Assembly: GCA_051294905.1 (NCBI GenBank)
Contig: CM119371.1
Span: 17,734,001 to 17,798,000, forward strand
Direction: 5' to 3'
DNA length: 64,000 nucleotides
DNA from: Botryllus schlosseri
Lineage: Eukaryota
Within the stretch, counting starts at the first letter, position 1. The number at the start of each line of letters is the position of its first letter. A program made the position numbers and the translations under genes. A model generated the notes under the pieces. The model did not search any database and was not told the DNA's origin. It saw only the letters and a list, made by a program, of their open reading frames with translations. Below, piece after piece: positions 11,896-24,802 of this stretch.

Positions 11896-14287
11896 TAGGG
11901 TGGAGTGAAAAATGGAAAATTTTGAATTTCAAAACGGACACTTGATATGTGGTGCCAAATTCAAAAAAAATAATTTCTATAATAATTTTGGGCTCGTGCA
12001 CCCTCTAGTGGTCGTGCAATTGCACCGAATGAGCCAAAAATAGCTAATTTCGCTATATATTGATGACCGCTTATGCTAGAAAGCTGGTTTTGGGCTTAAA
12101 AGATGCGGAAGCAACAAGTTTCTATCTCACTTCCACAGAACTTAGTCTTAAAAATGAACAGAAAAAAAGTTACAAGCAAATTATTGATTTTTAGGCTGTT
12201 TTAGGTAAAATTAGGCACTGAAGCAGTGGATATGATGCCAAAAGCTTGTAGTGATTGATCTTATGACTGACAACTCCATATTGAAAGCACATAAATTGCA
12301 AATCTATATTGAAAGCACAAAAACATCAATTCTATATTGAAAAAAGATATATTTCGAAGATGGTTTCACTACCAGAGTATTAATATGCGCAAACTTTAAA
12401 ATCTTGTTTCGTATTAAAAGATTTCATCTGCTTTCGAGATTTCAGTTTTTGTCTGATCAGGCCATCTCTACGTTCAAATTGCCATACATGGGCAACGGGC
12501 ATATGCTTCGGTCACCACTTTACCGTCTCTTTCCACTGCCTGGTTGTGCCAAGGATGATTGATCCTTAATGGCGATGACCTTAGATTTTCCAGCTCGAGA
12601 TATGAAAAGTTTTTGATTGCTGGTGGATGTTCCACATCTTTTAGATGCAAGTTGACAGTTTGGTGGTATGATTTGGCTTTGATGTTTATAATTGGGATTT
12701 TGAACAATCTGATTCTAGTGTCAACGTTGTTTTTAGGTTTCGGTTCATTAACATATCCTCCTTCAAAGTCGCCAATTGGAATCTGGTATTCTGTTTGATC
12801 TGCTCATAGTTGTAGTCTTGCAAGTCTTCTGAGGCCTTCATCATCATCACTGAGCATTCCCAGATGTGCAAAACATGCCTTTCGTTGTAGCAAAGATAGT
12901 GCAAGGTTACGAATTCGTGTATCAGAAAGCTTTTGTAACCTGGGAAACTATGTTGCAGAAGTTTCTGGCACCATCAACAATGGAATCGCGCCTTTTTATT
13001 TCAAACCATGACGGAAAATAAACCTCCATGCAGAATTGAGTAAGATAGTTCAGATTGCCGGATGGATGACTCTGTCGAACATAGAACATGCCAAATTTTG
13101 AGTTTCTATGTACGACAGAGCAATCTGAATTATCTTGCTCAATTCTGCATGGAGTTTCATTTTCCGTCATGGTTTGCAATAAAAAGGCACAATTCCATTG
13201 TTGATGGTGCTAAAAACTTGTGCAAAATAGTTTCCCATACTACAAAGCTTTCTGATACACGAATTCGCAACCTTGCACTACCTTTGCTACAACGAAAAGC
13301 ATATTTTGCACATCCGGATAATGTTTTTTGGGAATGCTCAGTGATGATGATGAAGGCCTTGGAAGACTTGCAAGATTACAGCTATCAGCAGATCAAACAG
13401 AATACCAGATTCCAATTAGCGACTTTTAAGGAGGATATGTTAATGAAATAAAACCTAAAAACAACGTTGACACTAGAATCAGATTGTTTAAAATCCCAAT
13501 TATAAACATCAAAGCCAAATCATACCACTATATTGTCAACTTGAATCAAAAGATATGGAACAGCCACCAGAAATCAAAATCTCGTCATATCTCGAGGTGG
13601 AAAATCTAAGGTCATCACCTCAAACATCCTTGGCACAACCAGGCAGTGGAAAGAGACGTTAAAGTGGTGACCAAAGCATCTGCCCATGTGTCGGGATTTA
13701 AACGTAGAGATGGCTTAATCAGACGAAAAACTGAAGTCTCGAAAACAGATGAAATCCTTTAATACGAAACAAGATTTCAAAGTTTGTGCATACTAATACT
13801 CTGGTACTCTGGTAGTGAAACAATCTTCGAAATATATCTTTTTTCAATATAGAATTGATGTTTTTGTGTTTTCAATATCGATTAGCAATTTATGTGTTTC
13901 CAATATGGAGTTGTCAGTCATAAGATCGATCACTACACGCTTTTGGCCTCGTACCACTGCTACAGTGCCTAATTTTACAGAAAAATGGTCTAAAAATCAA
14001 TAATTTGCTCGTAACTTTCTTCTGTGCATTTTTAAGACAAAGTTCTGTGGAAGGGAGATAGAAACTTGTTGCTTCCGCATCTTTTGAGCCCAAAATCAGC
14101 TTTCTAGCGGAAGCGGTCATCAATATAGAGCGAAATTTGCTATTTTTGGCTCGTTCGGTGCAATTGCACGACCACTAGAGGGTGCACAAGCCCAAAATTA
14201 TTATGGAAATTATTTTTTTCAAATTTGGCACCACATATCAAGTGTCCGTTTTGAAATTCAAAATTTTCCATTTTTCACTCCACCCTA
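11896..14287. mobile_element. 2.4-kb foldback element made of two inverted hATm 3' halves
   Basis: Termini TAGGGTGGAGTG...CACTCCACCCTA; TSD ACGCCTAC (11888-11895, 14288-14295); arms inverted up to a ~17-nt loop near 13088-13104; both arms carry hATm C-terminal motifs (FPSWF, HPWHNQAVERxxKVVTxA, RDGLIR). Confidence 0.9.
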
Positions 14288-14399
14288 ACGCCTACCAATC
14301 AATCCAATATAACAAGTGAAGAGATAAGAAGAATACAAGCACTAATGCGGGGTATTTATTAATTTTAATAAGAACTGATTGGCGATGAAGATGTCACAG

Positions 14400-17300
14400 T
14401 TGAAGACACAATATCCTCGATATATATACTGAGTCAAGCAAAATGTTTGTGTGCAGAATGCAGTGCTTTGTTGATATGAAGGCACGAGCTCTGAGTAGTA
14501 CCAGTACTAAAGTAAAGTGAGAAACATCACTGGATGAAGCAGTGATAGTGAGGAGATACAATACACAGCAATTTGAGTAACGGATTAACAAATATGAAGG
14601 TTAGTGTGTTGTTGGAAAAGTCTGGAATTAATGATGGTTAGATCCACACAAATATATAAATACGTGGAAGACGTCTGCATCTGCAAATATCAGCACATCC
14701 AATGCACTGCAACAGTTTTAAGTAAGAGGTCTTAAACACTGCTGGATTGATAAGGACCATTTGCACCAGCTGTAAAGTTGTTTATCCTGAACTACAACTA
14801 GGACTGTTGCAACGGAAGTACCAAAATAAGTTAGAGTTTAGTTGTAAATGAATTTAGTTTACAAGGGATGTAGCTTCACATAACTGCCAAAACTTGATAT
14901 CCGCAGAAAATATCCTATAATAGTATCCGCTTGAAATTCCGATATCAATCGGGCTCTACTCATGAGGTATGATCAAAACTTTTCTGATAACATGTCCAAC
15001 TAATAAGGATACATGATACTACGCTTTGTAATCGCAAATTTTCGATCGTCAATGCCTCATGATAAGCATGGGAAATATTTCGTCATTTCACTTGTGACTG
15101 TCTAGGTAATTTCGCAATTGCAATCTTAGTAGTTTGTATGTCACTTAATTAGAGAGCATTTTAATCTCCGACATTACAACAACTGTTGACAACATACCGG
15201 TAATAGGCCTGTCCTTTCCACAATGTTGATTAAGGTTATGTGATAAATCACCATTAAACACGATTGCGAACCTTTCCCGATGCAATCTGTGCAAAATCTC
15301 CTTTGAAATTAACTGATCACAGAGAAAGCCAGAGCTGCCATACCATCATTTGAAGATTTTCCTCCATTTTGAAGAGTCTTATAAAAATCATTCTGTTTCA
15401 TTCTAAGATTTGTCCTAGTATTTGAATCGATTTGATTGACATCCTTGTTTACAAATCCAACAGCTAGTACACGGGATATATGAGCTCCAATAATAATAGG
15501 TCTACATGATCCACGCAGGGCATAAATTGAGACCTTTGTGTTAGTCAGCAGATTACAAAATGTGCATCGTATCACTTTGTAGGTAACAAAATCTTAGGCT
15601 GGACACTCTGGTTGTTATTTGCGTCCTACCCAATTACCAACAGTCGAGCAGAATGGTACAGCTTCCCTCGTTACTAAATCAGTGACTATGGAATATGGAT
15701 ATTACTCACATATAGGACTCACAGAAATTTCAGAAGAATTTCATTCAGAGTTTTCATTTATGCTACTGCAGACAATATCAACACTTTGTTGGATCATGAA
15801 GTTTATTTGAGAAGTGGTTATACTTAAACCCGACAGGGCCAGAATAGAAATGTAGTTCTTGGACCCGTATTTTAAAATTGGTACCAGTATCAATTTAATG
15901 CTTAATAATTTTATTGGGTGAGCTGGCATTCTTCAGACTGCCATAAGTGAGATTTAAAACTATAAACACACATTTACGACCATCAGGCGGTTTGGTTATG
16001 TGGAATAAATATTATGAAACATTGAGTAGGGACAGAGTGCAGGTGACATGACATTACCAATGCAAACAATTCTCTTTGACAAACATATAGGTCGCACCAA
16101 TCATAATAACCAGTCCACTGATCAAACTCTACAAGCAAAGCTTGCACTGTGAACCTATCTTCATTTAATACGACTAAGGCGACTGCAAATGAACTTTGCA
16201 TCAAACAAAGGATTCCGATCAGCTGACGTTGCTGCGTCCCGCATTTGAAACACTTCGAATGCTCAATGTGAACCATGCCATTACAAAAGCACCATCAGCA
16301 TCAGGTTAAAATAGACTTGCTTCATTATATCAGCAAGTCACCATGCTACTGAATCAGAGTATCAGGATCAGGGTATCCAATGTCAAGTCTAGCCGTGTAA
16401 TTTTTGCTCTACGGGAGTCATTAATTTGCAAAGTTGTTCCTGAGGTAGGCCTATTCAAAGAAGCAATAAGCCTGTGGCATTCAATGTCGAAAACTATCCG
16501 AGTATATATCAGACTTGACCCTTTTCATTTCCATCACCGGTTTTTCAGAATAATAAATCCCTACTTCCGCTTGTGCTGAAGTAAAATTTCCAAAACAGTG
16601 GTGCCATATCTACTCAAGTAGCGTGAATTAATGCTATGCCTTTGTGCTAGCCTAAGTTTACAAATTAGGTTCTTGGATGGCGGAATTGTACCATTCGACC
16701 AAAATTTTCCAAGCTTGAGTGCGAGCAATTTCTTTCATTCAATGAATTCGCAACAACCGTAGGTAATGAAAACTGCTTTCAAATGTTGCAAACTATGCCA
16801 GCATGGTCTACCAAAAAAGATTTAATCTGATTACTACTAGCTGTGACACACAACTAATGCTGCACGAAATCATGCAGTTTCGTGAAACGCACCAAGACAT
16901 TGTACAGGGAAAGAAAAAATAGTTTGTGCTAGGATCTTTTACCACAGCGATATTCGGCTACGATCTTATATCATTTACACAGGCAGTTTTTAGTAATTGT
17001 CCCAATCGTGGGACACGCAGCCTTCTAAAATGGGTCACGACAATGTTTAGCTGGTTACCAAACTTCATTTTGACCACTTTTTCGATCAAAACATATGCCG
17101 CTGATCTACAAATCATGTGGCAACATAGAAAGTGAGTCATGTTGTAAATGTAATGACAGTGTTGCAGAAAAAAATAGACATTGACCTCAACCGCAATGAA
17201 GACAAAGTATCAATAGCACTTCCAGGCAGAAACAGGAGACATGCTGGTGAAGCTATCCAACTGAGACTCCAGCAATCGCAAAACGTCAAATAAGCAGTAC
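14400..17300 (-). mobile_element. Highly degenerate LINE (CR1/L2-like) relic
   Basis: Decayed RT-like motifs on the minus strand: QGSxLxPLL-like near 14720-14760 followed by IFAD-like near 14675-14695; boundaries uncertain. Confidence 0.4.
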
Positions 17301-17891
17301 CACAGGAGTGGGCATAAGAATGATGGCATACACCGAGCTATTGATTGAATATTTTTTGTCCTTATAGTTTCAAGTACTGTGACACTTCTACTATGTAATA
17401 CTCGATTTGGGTTGGAGTAGGCTATTCAATTCATTGTGCCCAGCATTAAACATAACCAGAGCAGTGGTTCTGAACCTTTACTAATCCATGGAACACTTGC
17501 GCTAATCTACAAGCCTTCGAGGAGCCCCAAATTTTTGCTGAGTCACAAAAACATGAATTTACCACGTTACGCGATATTACATTACTTAGGAATACTCGCC
17601 TAAATTGTGCTGTGCATCAACAACATTGTGTAAAACCAAAACCATTAAAACATGATTGTCACAGAAGACGAAAAGATTTCAGTGAACATTACTGCAGATT
17701 AGTGTGACTGATACCAGTTATCAGTGAGATAAATAATAATACTGCAATCGCAACGTGTTCAGACTTTATGACGAAGCAAACGAAAGAAAGATCCGAAAAA
17801 ATGTCATGTTTTTGTTTGGTCGAAACGAAACAGAAAGGTGCTCATTGCTGGGATCGGAAACGAGCCTATGAAAATCGATGATAAAGTCGAC

Positions 17892-18425
17892 CAGGGTTGT
17901 AATGACTCGAGTCATGATTCAACTCGATTCGCGATTTTTAATGACTAGACTTGTCTTCTATCAATCTGTGTATCGACTCGACTTGTGCTCGAGTCTTTGT
18001 GCGTGACTCGCACCAAGTCATACGACTTGAGACTTGGACGGCCAAGACCGACATTTCATTTTTAATTCCGAAAAACAGTGAAGTTACCACACTATTGGTA
18101 TTTCGTCTATTGGTACTGGTACTTGAAAATGTGACCAGAAACTGTGAAAAGTGAGGAATAATATTTTATTATGCATGCTAAGGATTTGATATTACTGAGC
18201 AGAGTTGTAAAAAGTGCCTTCAACAAGAAACTGGATACTGGTAGTCAACACAATGACTTGGACTCTGACTCCACAATGATTCGAACTCAACCCTCTGCTT
18301 GCCAACTTGGAATAGGACTTGACTCGGTGACGAATTGAAAATATGACTCTGAATTGACTCGACTCAAAACTATAAAAGAGAGATTGACTTGCGACTCGGA
18401 ACCTTGCGACTTGGTAACAACCCTG
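17892..18425 (+). mobile_element. GACTCG-rich hAT MITE, copy 1
   Basis: CAGGGTTGT...ACAACCCTG termini; directly homologous to 18781-19323. Confidence 0.75.
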
Positions 18426-18780
18426 TTCTAAAAATGTTTTTTCAAACAGATAAATGACAGATTTTAGGTGTCTATTTATCAATTTCCAGTCCAGATATAC
18501 ATGGCTTTGATAAGTCATTTACAGATGATTTGACGAGTCATGCGCAATGACTCGAGTACAAGCCGAGTCATTTACCATTTTTAAGAAAATGACTCGAGTC
18601 AAGTCGAGTCAATAAAAAATGCGACTCCAGTCATTACCACCCTGATTTTGAACCAAAATCCTGTTGCGGCAACACAAATGACGTGACACCAACGCCATTC
18701 ACAATTCGGCTACTGATCGCACCTAATTGCCTGCAACCAATAACAGCATATAGTCTCAAATCATATGTTCAAGTTTTGTG

Positions 18781-19323
18781 CAGGCTTGTAATGACTCGAG
18801 TTACGATTTTCAGAAGACTCGCCATGACTCGAGTCATTTTTTCAAAATATGGAAATGACTATACTCGACTTGAGTCAATCTGTGTATTGACTCGACTTGG
18901 ACTCGAGTCACTCGAACCAAGTCATATGACTCGAGACTCAGACGGCCAAGACCGACATTTCATTGTAATTTCGAAGAATAGTAAAGCAGACGCACTATTA
19001 GGATTTCGTCTATTGGTACTGGTACTTGAAAGTTCGACCTGAAACTGTGAAAAGTGAGGAAAATTGGTATATTATAAATGCGAGCCATTTGAAATCACCA
19101 AACAGAGTTATAAAATGTGGGTTCAACAGGAAACTAAGCAGTCAACACAATGACTTGGACTCAGACTCGAGTCATAATACCATGACTCGGACTCGACCCT
19201 CTGCTCGCTGACTTGAACTCGGACTTGACTCGGTGGTGATTTGAAAATGACTCGACTCGAGTCAAAACTATAAAACTGAGATTGACTTATGACTCGAAGC
19301 CTTGTGACTTGGTTACAACCCTG
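18781..19323 (+). mobile_element. GACTCG-rich hAT MITE, copy 2
   Basis: CAGGCTTGTAA...TTACAACCCTG; TTTTGTG on both flanks. Confidence 0.78.
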
Positions 19324-19612
19324 TTTTGTGTGTCTTGACGTCTAGCGGAGCCCTTGAAACTGGCTCTTGGTACCCTCGGTGTTCTGTGGGAAACAGGTTG
19401 AGAACCACTGAAGTGGAGTAAGTCATGCAGTTACTCGACACCCACTTGTGTACTTCAAAGAAGTAGAAGTACTTCATTAGCCTAACGAACTCCTTTGTAT
19501 GCAAGCGACAATGATATCAGCGGGTTAAAGAAACACCAATGCTATGCAGTATGCAGTAGGCTATTAATAATAGGAACATTTTACTAGAATTGAAGTAAAA
19601 ACACATCCAAAC

Positions 19613-19892
19613 CTGAATCCTTTTCTGCGCGTTCAACACCACGCCGGTAGAGGGCTCGACGGCGATGTAAGTTTCGTGTTCCTCTTTCGACGGATGCATC
19701 CCGATCACACCGTTAACATATTTGTCGTCGGCCAGATAAAAGTGCGGGCTCGATAACACGACGGGAGCGCCCTGCTTGCAAACGCTGATGTTGAGCACTC
19801 CGGTGCCCATGCAGTTGCCGGCTGGCACGCAGAACGCCGCGTTGTCGGGGTTCACCGTGGTGTTAGCAAAGGCCATCTCGGTCGTGTGATAC
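19613..19892 (-). CDS. SCARB2: CD36-family scavenger receptor (SCARB2-like), middle coding exon
   Basis: NPDNAAFC...C...GVLNISVCKQGAPVVLSSPHFYLAD...VEPSTGVVLNAQKRIQ, a CD36-family signature; AG/GT borders; 280 nt, phase 2 to 0. Confidence 0.92.
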
Positions 19893-19924
19893 CTGTACCA
19901 TAATTGTACAGCTACAAGATTTTG

Positions 19925-20640
19925 AATTTTTCCAAACTAGATCAAAATTAGAATTATACATAGATGGTGTTTTTACGAAATTAGATTGGCATTGGAATTA
20001 TATCTACACTTTGTTTCCAAATGAGATTAGAATTAGAACGATAGCTACAAAGTGTTTTTTCCAAATAAGATTGGAATTAGAATTATATCTACAGTTTTTT
20101 TTTAAATCAGATTAGAATTAAAATTATATCTAGGCTGCAGTTTGTTTTGCACACCGGATTAGATCACAATTAGAATTATATCCACAGTTTGTCGTCCAAA
20201 TTAGATTCAAATTATAGCTACACAGTGTTTTTCCTAATCAGATTTTAATTAGAATTAAAGTTAGATATCTAGGCTACAGTTTTTTTTTTCGAAATTAGAT
20301 TGGGCTATAATTAGAAGAATTATAGGCCTAGCTAGTTTTTTTCCAAATTAGATTAGAAATATAGCTACGGTTTTTTTTTCAAATCAGATTAGAATTATAG
20401 CCTATCTAGGCTACAGTTTGTTTTTCAATTTAGATTATAATTAGAATTATAGCTAGTTTTTTATCCAAATTAGATTCCAATTGGGAATTATAGTTAGTTT
20501 TTTTTCTAAATCAGATTAGAATTATAGCTAGTTTCCAAATTAGATTAGAATTAGAATTACGGTACTGGTATAGCTAGTTATTTTTCCAAATTAGATTAAA
20601 ATTAGAATTACAGAGCAGCAGTTTTTTTCCAAATTAAATT
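19925..20640 (+). repeat. Degenerate AT-rich minisatellite (~35-50-bp unit TTTTCCAAATTAGATTAGAATTAGAATTATAGCTA)
   Basis: Roughly 15 tandem imperfect copies by eye. Confidence 0.85.
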
Positions 20641-21114
20641 CCGAATTCAACTCACTGAATTTTCAAGAGCTGGGAAATTGAAATGAAAATTCCGAAATTG
20701 GAAAGAAATGCAACAAAAATCTCTAGTTCAGTCATATCAAATCATCTCTGAAGATCGAGTGCGATTCATTTCGAGTATTAGCCTAAGCTTTAAGCCGAGC
20801 ATTTAAATTAATAGTCACTATGACATCATAAGACTATGAATGGTGTAGAAAGTTTTAATATCTAGTGTGGGCCTACCTTTTGCGCTATCATAAAGAAAAT
20901 TTGGTCTGTTTTCAATCATACGGTACCTATTTTGTTTCACTTTCTGACAATGGTGTAGTTGGTCACGACTTCGCTACCAGTGCCGTGTCATTTCCACTAG
21001 TGTACGTAGCTTCACGTGCTACATGATATGTTTGGTTATTTGGTATGCTGCAATTCGACCAGTCAAGGTTGCCAATACTGTCGAAACTATAGTTTTCGAT
21101 GATAAATTAACTCT

Positions 21115-23605
21115 CAGGCGCGTAGCCAGCCGAAAAATAAGGGAGGGGTTTGAAATAAAAGAGGGGGGGTTCGATTTTTTTCGAATTTAGTAACGTAGCA
21201 TCGATTCATTAGGGTTAAGTACATGCAATGCGTAAATAACGATTATACAACATCCCCGTGTTCGCGATTATAGGCGTATGATAATCTTGTCGACGAGTCC
21301 GGAAGTGCCGTTAATTAGCGACTCCCTGATCTGTCGTGAACAATGAAATACGCACGCGTCGTACATTTGAAGACGCGCGCGCTTATCAACGCGTCGAACA
21401 ATTAAATTCGCGCGCGTTCAACAGTTAAATACGCCCGCTCGTCAATGCGTCTTGCGTCTTACGTAGCATCGAGATTTGCGCAAGTAAAAATGTACGAGTC
21501 TTTATCCGCGCTACAATGACGCCGATTTCAGGTGGTTCAAACCTTACCTCTGTTATAACTCAAGCCTACAGGACTATAACCAGGCCGTGTTATTTTTGGC
21601 ATATGCCAAAACTGCCAAAAATAACTTATTTTTGGCATTTTTCGATTTTTATTTTTGGCAGTTTTGGCATCGTCCTCTAAATAGATAGTTCCAGCCTCGA
21701 ATTAGTCACAAAAACGCTTTGTTTGGGCTAGTTTGTCAAAAGACGCCACAAAATGTGCAGCATCCACGTATAATCAGAGCCAACAAACAATAATAAGAAA
21801 AAACCTAACGATTTCATAGGTTGATAATATCAAACGAAACCACAAAATGTGCGGTATCCATCGGAATCGGTGCCTATTAGCAAAAAATGAAAGAAAAGCC
21901 TAACAAACACGCTCAACAGCTGATTGCTACAGTTGTTGAATAGACTGAAATCATTTGCACTGTAACAGTGCTTCCAAACTCAGGTCAGGTAAGTTTCTTC
22001 TAAATTCATTTCTCGCCCAGCGAATCTGGGAAATATCGGCTTCAACAGTAGCCGTTGAGGGAAAGATGAATGTTGCCAGTCATCAACAAAAGGTTTTCAG
22101 AGCTTCAAAATCGTTGGAGGGCCGAACCGGCATCCATGCATCATGAAAAACGATCACTTCGCCAGTACCATCGATCTCATCGCGGAAAGAATTTTCTTCC
22201 CGATCCTTTTCCAGGAGTTTCCTGTGTAATTGTCTCTCAACACATTCTATTTAGTAGCCCGACTATCATTTCTTCTTCAGTCTACCGATATATTTTCGGA
22301 GGACTTTTGTCACTTCAGGTGGCTTTAATATTACCAACTCGCATGGAAGAGTCCTGGGAAGGTTAGCTTGTTTAAGAACATTGACGCAACAAGACTGTCT
22401 GGCAAAACGAGACTATGCAGCTCAGAAATAGCCAGACAGTTTGTTGCGTCACAATGTTCAACTCGATCACAATGCAAAAATCGTGGTTGATTTTGGGGGT
22501 TCCAGTTCCATGAGGAGAATATAGTTAATATTTTAATAATCAGTACTGCGGCAGCTTCTCATTGATACCCGTTTTATCAAACTTAGCGCTCGACAAGCCG
22601 GTCAAAAATGGTCGTAAACTTGCCTTTGGACGAATGGAAAGTATGACGTAAACCAAATGCAGTCAGACGTTCAATCTCGCTGTGCCCACACCATTTAGGT
22701 CACCATGCTTTCACCCCTAATGGGTGGGCTGGACCCAGATTAAGAAACCTGCCTTTCACAAACGCTCTTCTCGCTTGTAACGCGGTCCTGTTGACACAAC
22801 ACTATGAACGAAATACACTATTTGGCAGCCCGTGTTATTTTTGGCATATGCCAAAAATTGCTTATTTTTGGCATTTTCAAATTTTTATTTTTGGCAGTTT
22901 TGGCATCTGGCTCCTGAAATGCCAAAAATAACACGGCCTGACTATAACTGAAGACTAGTGGAAATCAATTACGCATGTGCGCACGCGTCGAACATGATTG
23001 CGGACATTCGATGTCATTCGGTTACGAGATGTCACTCTTTAATCACAATCGCTAATCAGCATATACTTAATAGCATTTTATCCAAGCCATCGAGAAATAG
23101 GAGCCAAAGCATGGTATGCCCAAGAAGCGGTAGTTAGGCTAGCGATATCTTTAGTACTAGGTCTATTGCAGATGCGATTGTGTAGGCCATGGAAGATATC
23201 GCGCACTCCAAGCCAATGCAGATGTGATTGTGAAGGCCAGTGACGATATCGTGCGCACAGGGCCTTTGCAGATGTGATTATTCAAGCCAGCGGAATTAGG
23301 CTTGTTGGAGACGCAGTAAATCAGGCTAGTAATGATTGCCGAATGCGCGACAATGAATAACCTGATTTCGCAATCATCTCAGCGGGAGATCGTGTCGCGT
23401 TACATTGTGCAGTGCTAATTAGCAACACGCCTTTCGTTAATTAGCCGCGCGCAATACTGATAATACGACTTATTGAATTGCAACCGAGTATTAGCGTCAG
23501 AGCGGTCATTTAAATAGGGCGAGGTTTCGCGTTAAAGGAGGGGGTTTCGCGTTTCTAAAGGAGTGGGTTTCGACCCCCGAAACCCCCCCTCTGGCTACGC
23601 GCCTG
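21115..23605. mobile_element. Non-autonomous hAT element (Tip100-like ends)
   Basis: TIRs CAGGCGCGTAGCCAG...CTGGCTACGCGCCTG; TSD TTAACTCT (21107-21114, 23606-23613). Confidence 0.92.
21581..22940. mobile_element. Non-autonomous hAT nested in 21115-23605
   Basis: TIRs CAGGCCGTGTTATTTTTGGCAT...ATGCCAAAAATAACACGGCCTG; TSD ACTATAAC (21573-21580, 22941-22948). Confidence 0.92.
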
Positions 23606-23928
23606 TTAACTCTTATCGGCTAGGAGCGCCTAATTTCAGTACTTGAAAGAATGATTCCTCACTGCTCGAGTCCTACCATCAGAATTATCACTACCGTACC
23701 GTACTCAATTCCGTTTTGGGTACTCGAATCATTACGTAGGATAATTATAAACATGAAAATGGAAAATGCCTGTACATCAAGCTTGGCACGTTTCGCACGG
23801 TACGGTTCTCATGCAGCAGTTTCAGGAAGACCAGAAATTAGATTTGAACAAAAATTAGAGCGTAACACATTTCACAAGTTACATTAGAAAAAGATTACAA
23901 GTATTTCGCTCTAAATTAATCTAATCAG

Positions 23929-24753
23929 TAGGGCGATTTTTTTTTACCAAAAAACGGAAGATTTTGACTTCAAAAATCCTACTTTTGACCAAATTTGACA
24001 TAACTTATGCAAATTAGGTGTTTTCCCACATAATGCTAGAATTGTAGCCTACTACTTATCTTCATTTCTGGTTGGAAATGTCTGTCCTTACAAAGTAGTT
24101 TGGCCTGAAAAAAAACTTTTTTGCCTCAAAAACTGACAAATTTGACGTGAAAAAAAATTATTTTAACAAAATCTGTCCCTATGAAGATTTCCAGTAGCTA
24201 GGCCTACATTACGCATTATGGTGGAAATGATTAAACAAATTAATAGCATTCTCGGGTAGAAAGTGTTTGTCCTTATAAACTAGTAACTTGCCAAGAATGG
24301 AGAAAGGACGTTCGACAGCAGCAGTTAATGGCTGACAACACTGAAGTTATGCGTACACCGCTGGTGATAAACTTTGTTGCTTCATTCTGGCAATGGTGTC
24401 TACATCACAATGTTTCATCGTGCGCTTCTTGATGTAAGAACAATGCAATGTCCTCGCAGGGACATTGCGGTAAGTTGAGCATAATACCATGTCCACCTAT
24501 TTGTTTCATTTGAATGTTTATGATTCACAACGAGCAAACAGCGGACCGTCTGCAAGGGTAGGCCTATTAAGTAGGCTACAAGCTGTAAAATGTCAAATGA
24601 TAAGCTCATCGACAGTGCAAAACCTACCATACAAACGAAATGAAGGTTGCAAAAAAAGTTTCAACTTTGTAATTAATTTTGCCATTATTTGACTTGACGC
24701 TACAATTTTGACCTAATATTGATTTTTTTGACATGTCCAAAAATATCGCTAAA
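23929..24753 (-). mobile_element. Second copy of the 7312-7984 hAT family
   Basis: Reverse-complement homology to 7312-7984; TSD CTAATCAG (23921-23928, 24754-24761); remnant QPLTAAVERPFSIL. Confidence 0.82.
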
Positions 24754-24802
24754 CTAATCAGGCAAATAGATTACTAGAATGATCAAGTCGTCAAAGTCTC
24801 AC

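Larger units (their letters stand above)
17462..19410. mobile_element. Old hAT MITE hosting GACTCG-rich MITEs
   Basis: CAGTGGTTCTGAACCT...AGGTTGAGAACCACTG termini; TSD matches only 5/8. Confidence 0.6.

Noticed and set aside
23110..23295. CRISPR-like repeat/spacer appearance
   Set aside because: Eukaryotic context, degenerate repeats, related 'spacers', no cas genes.
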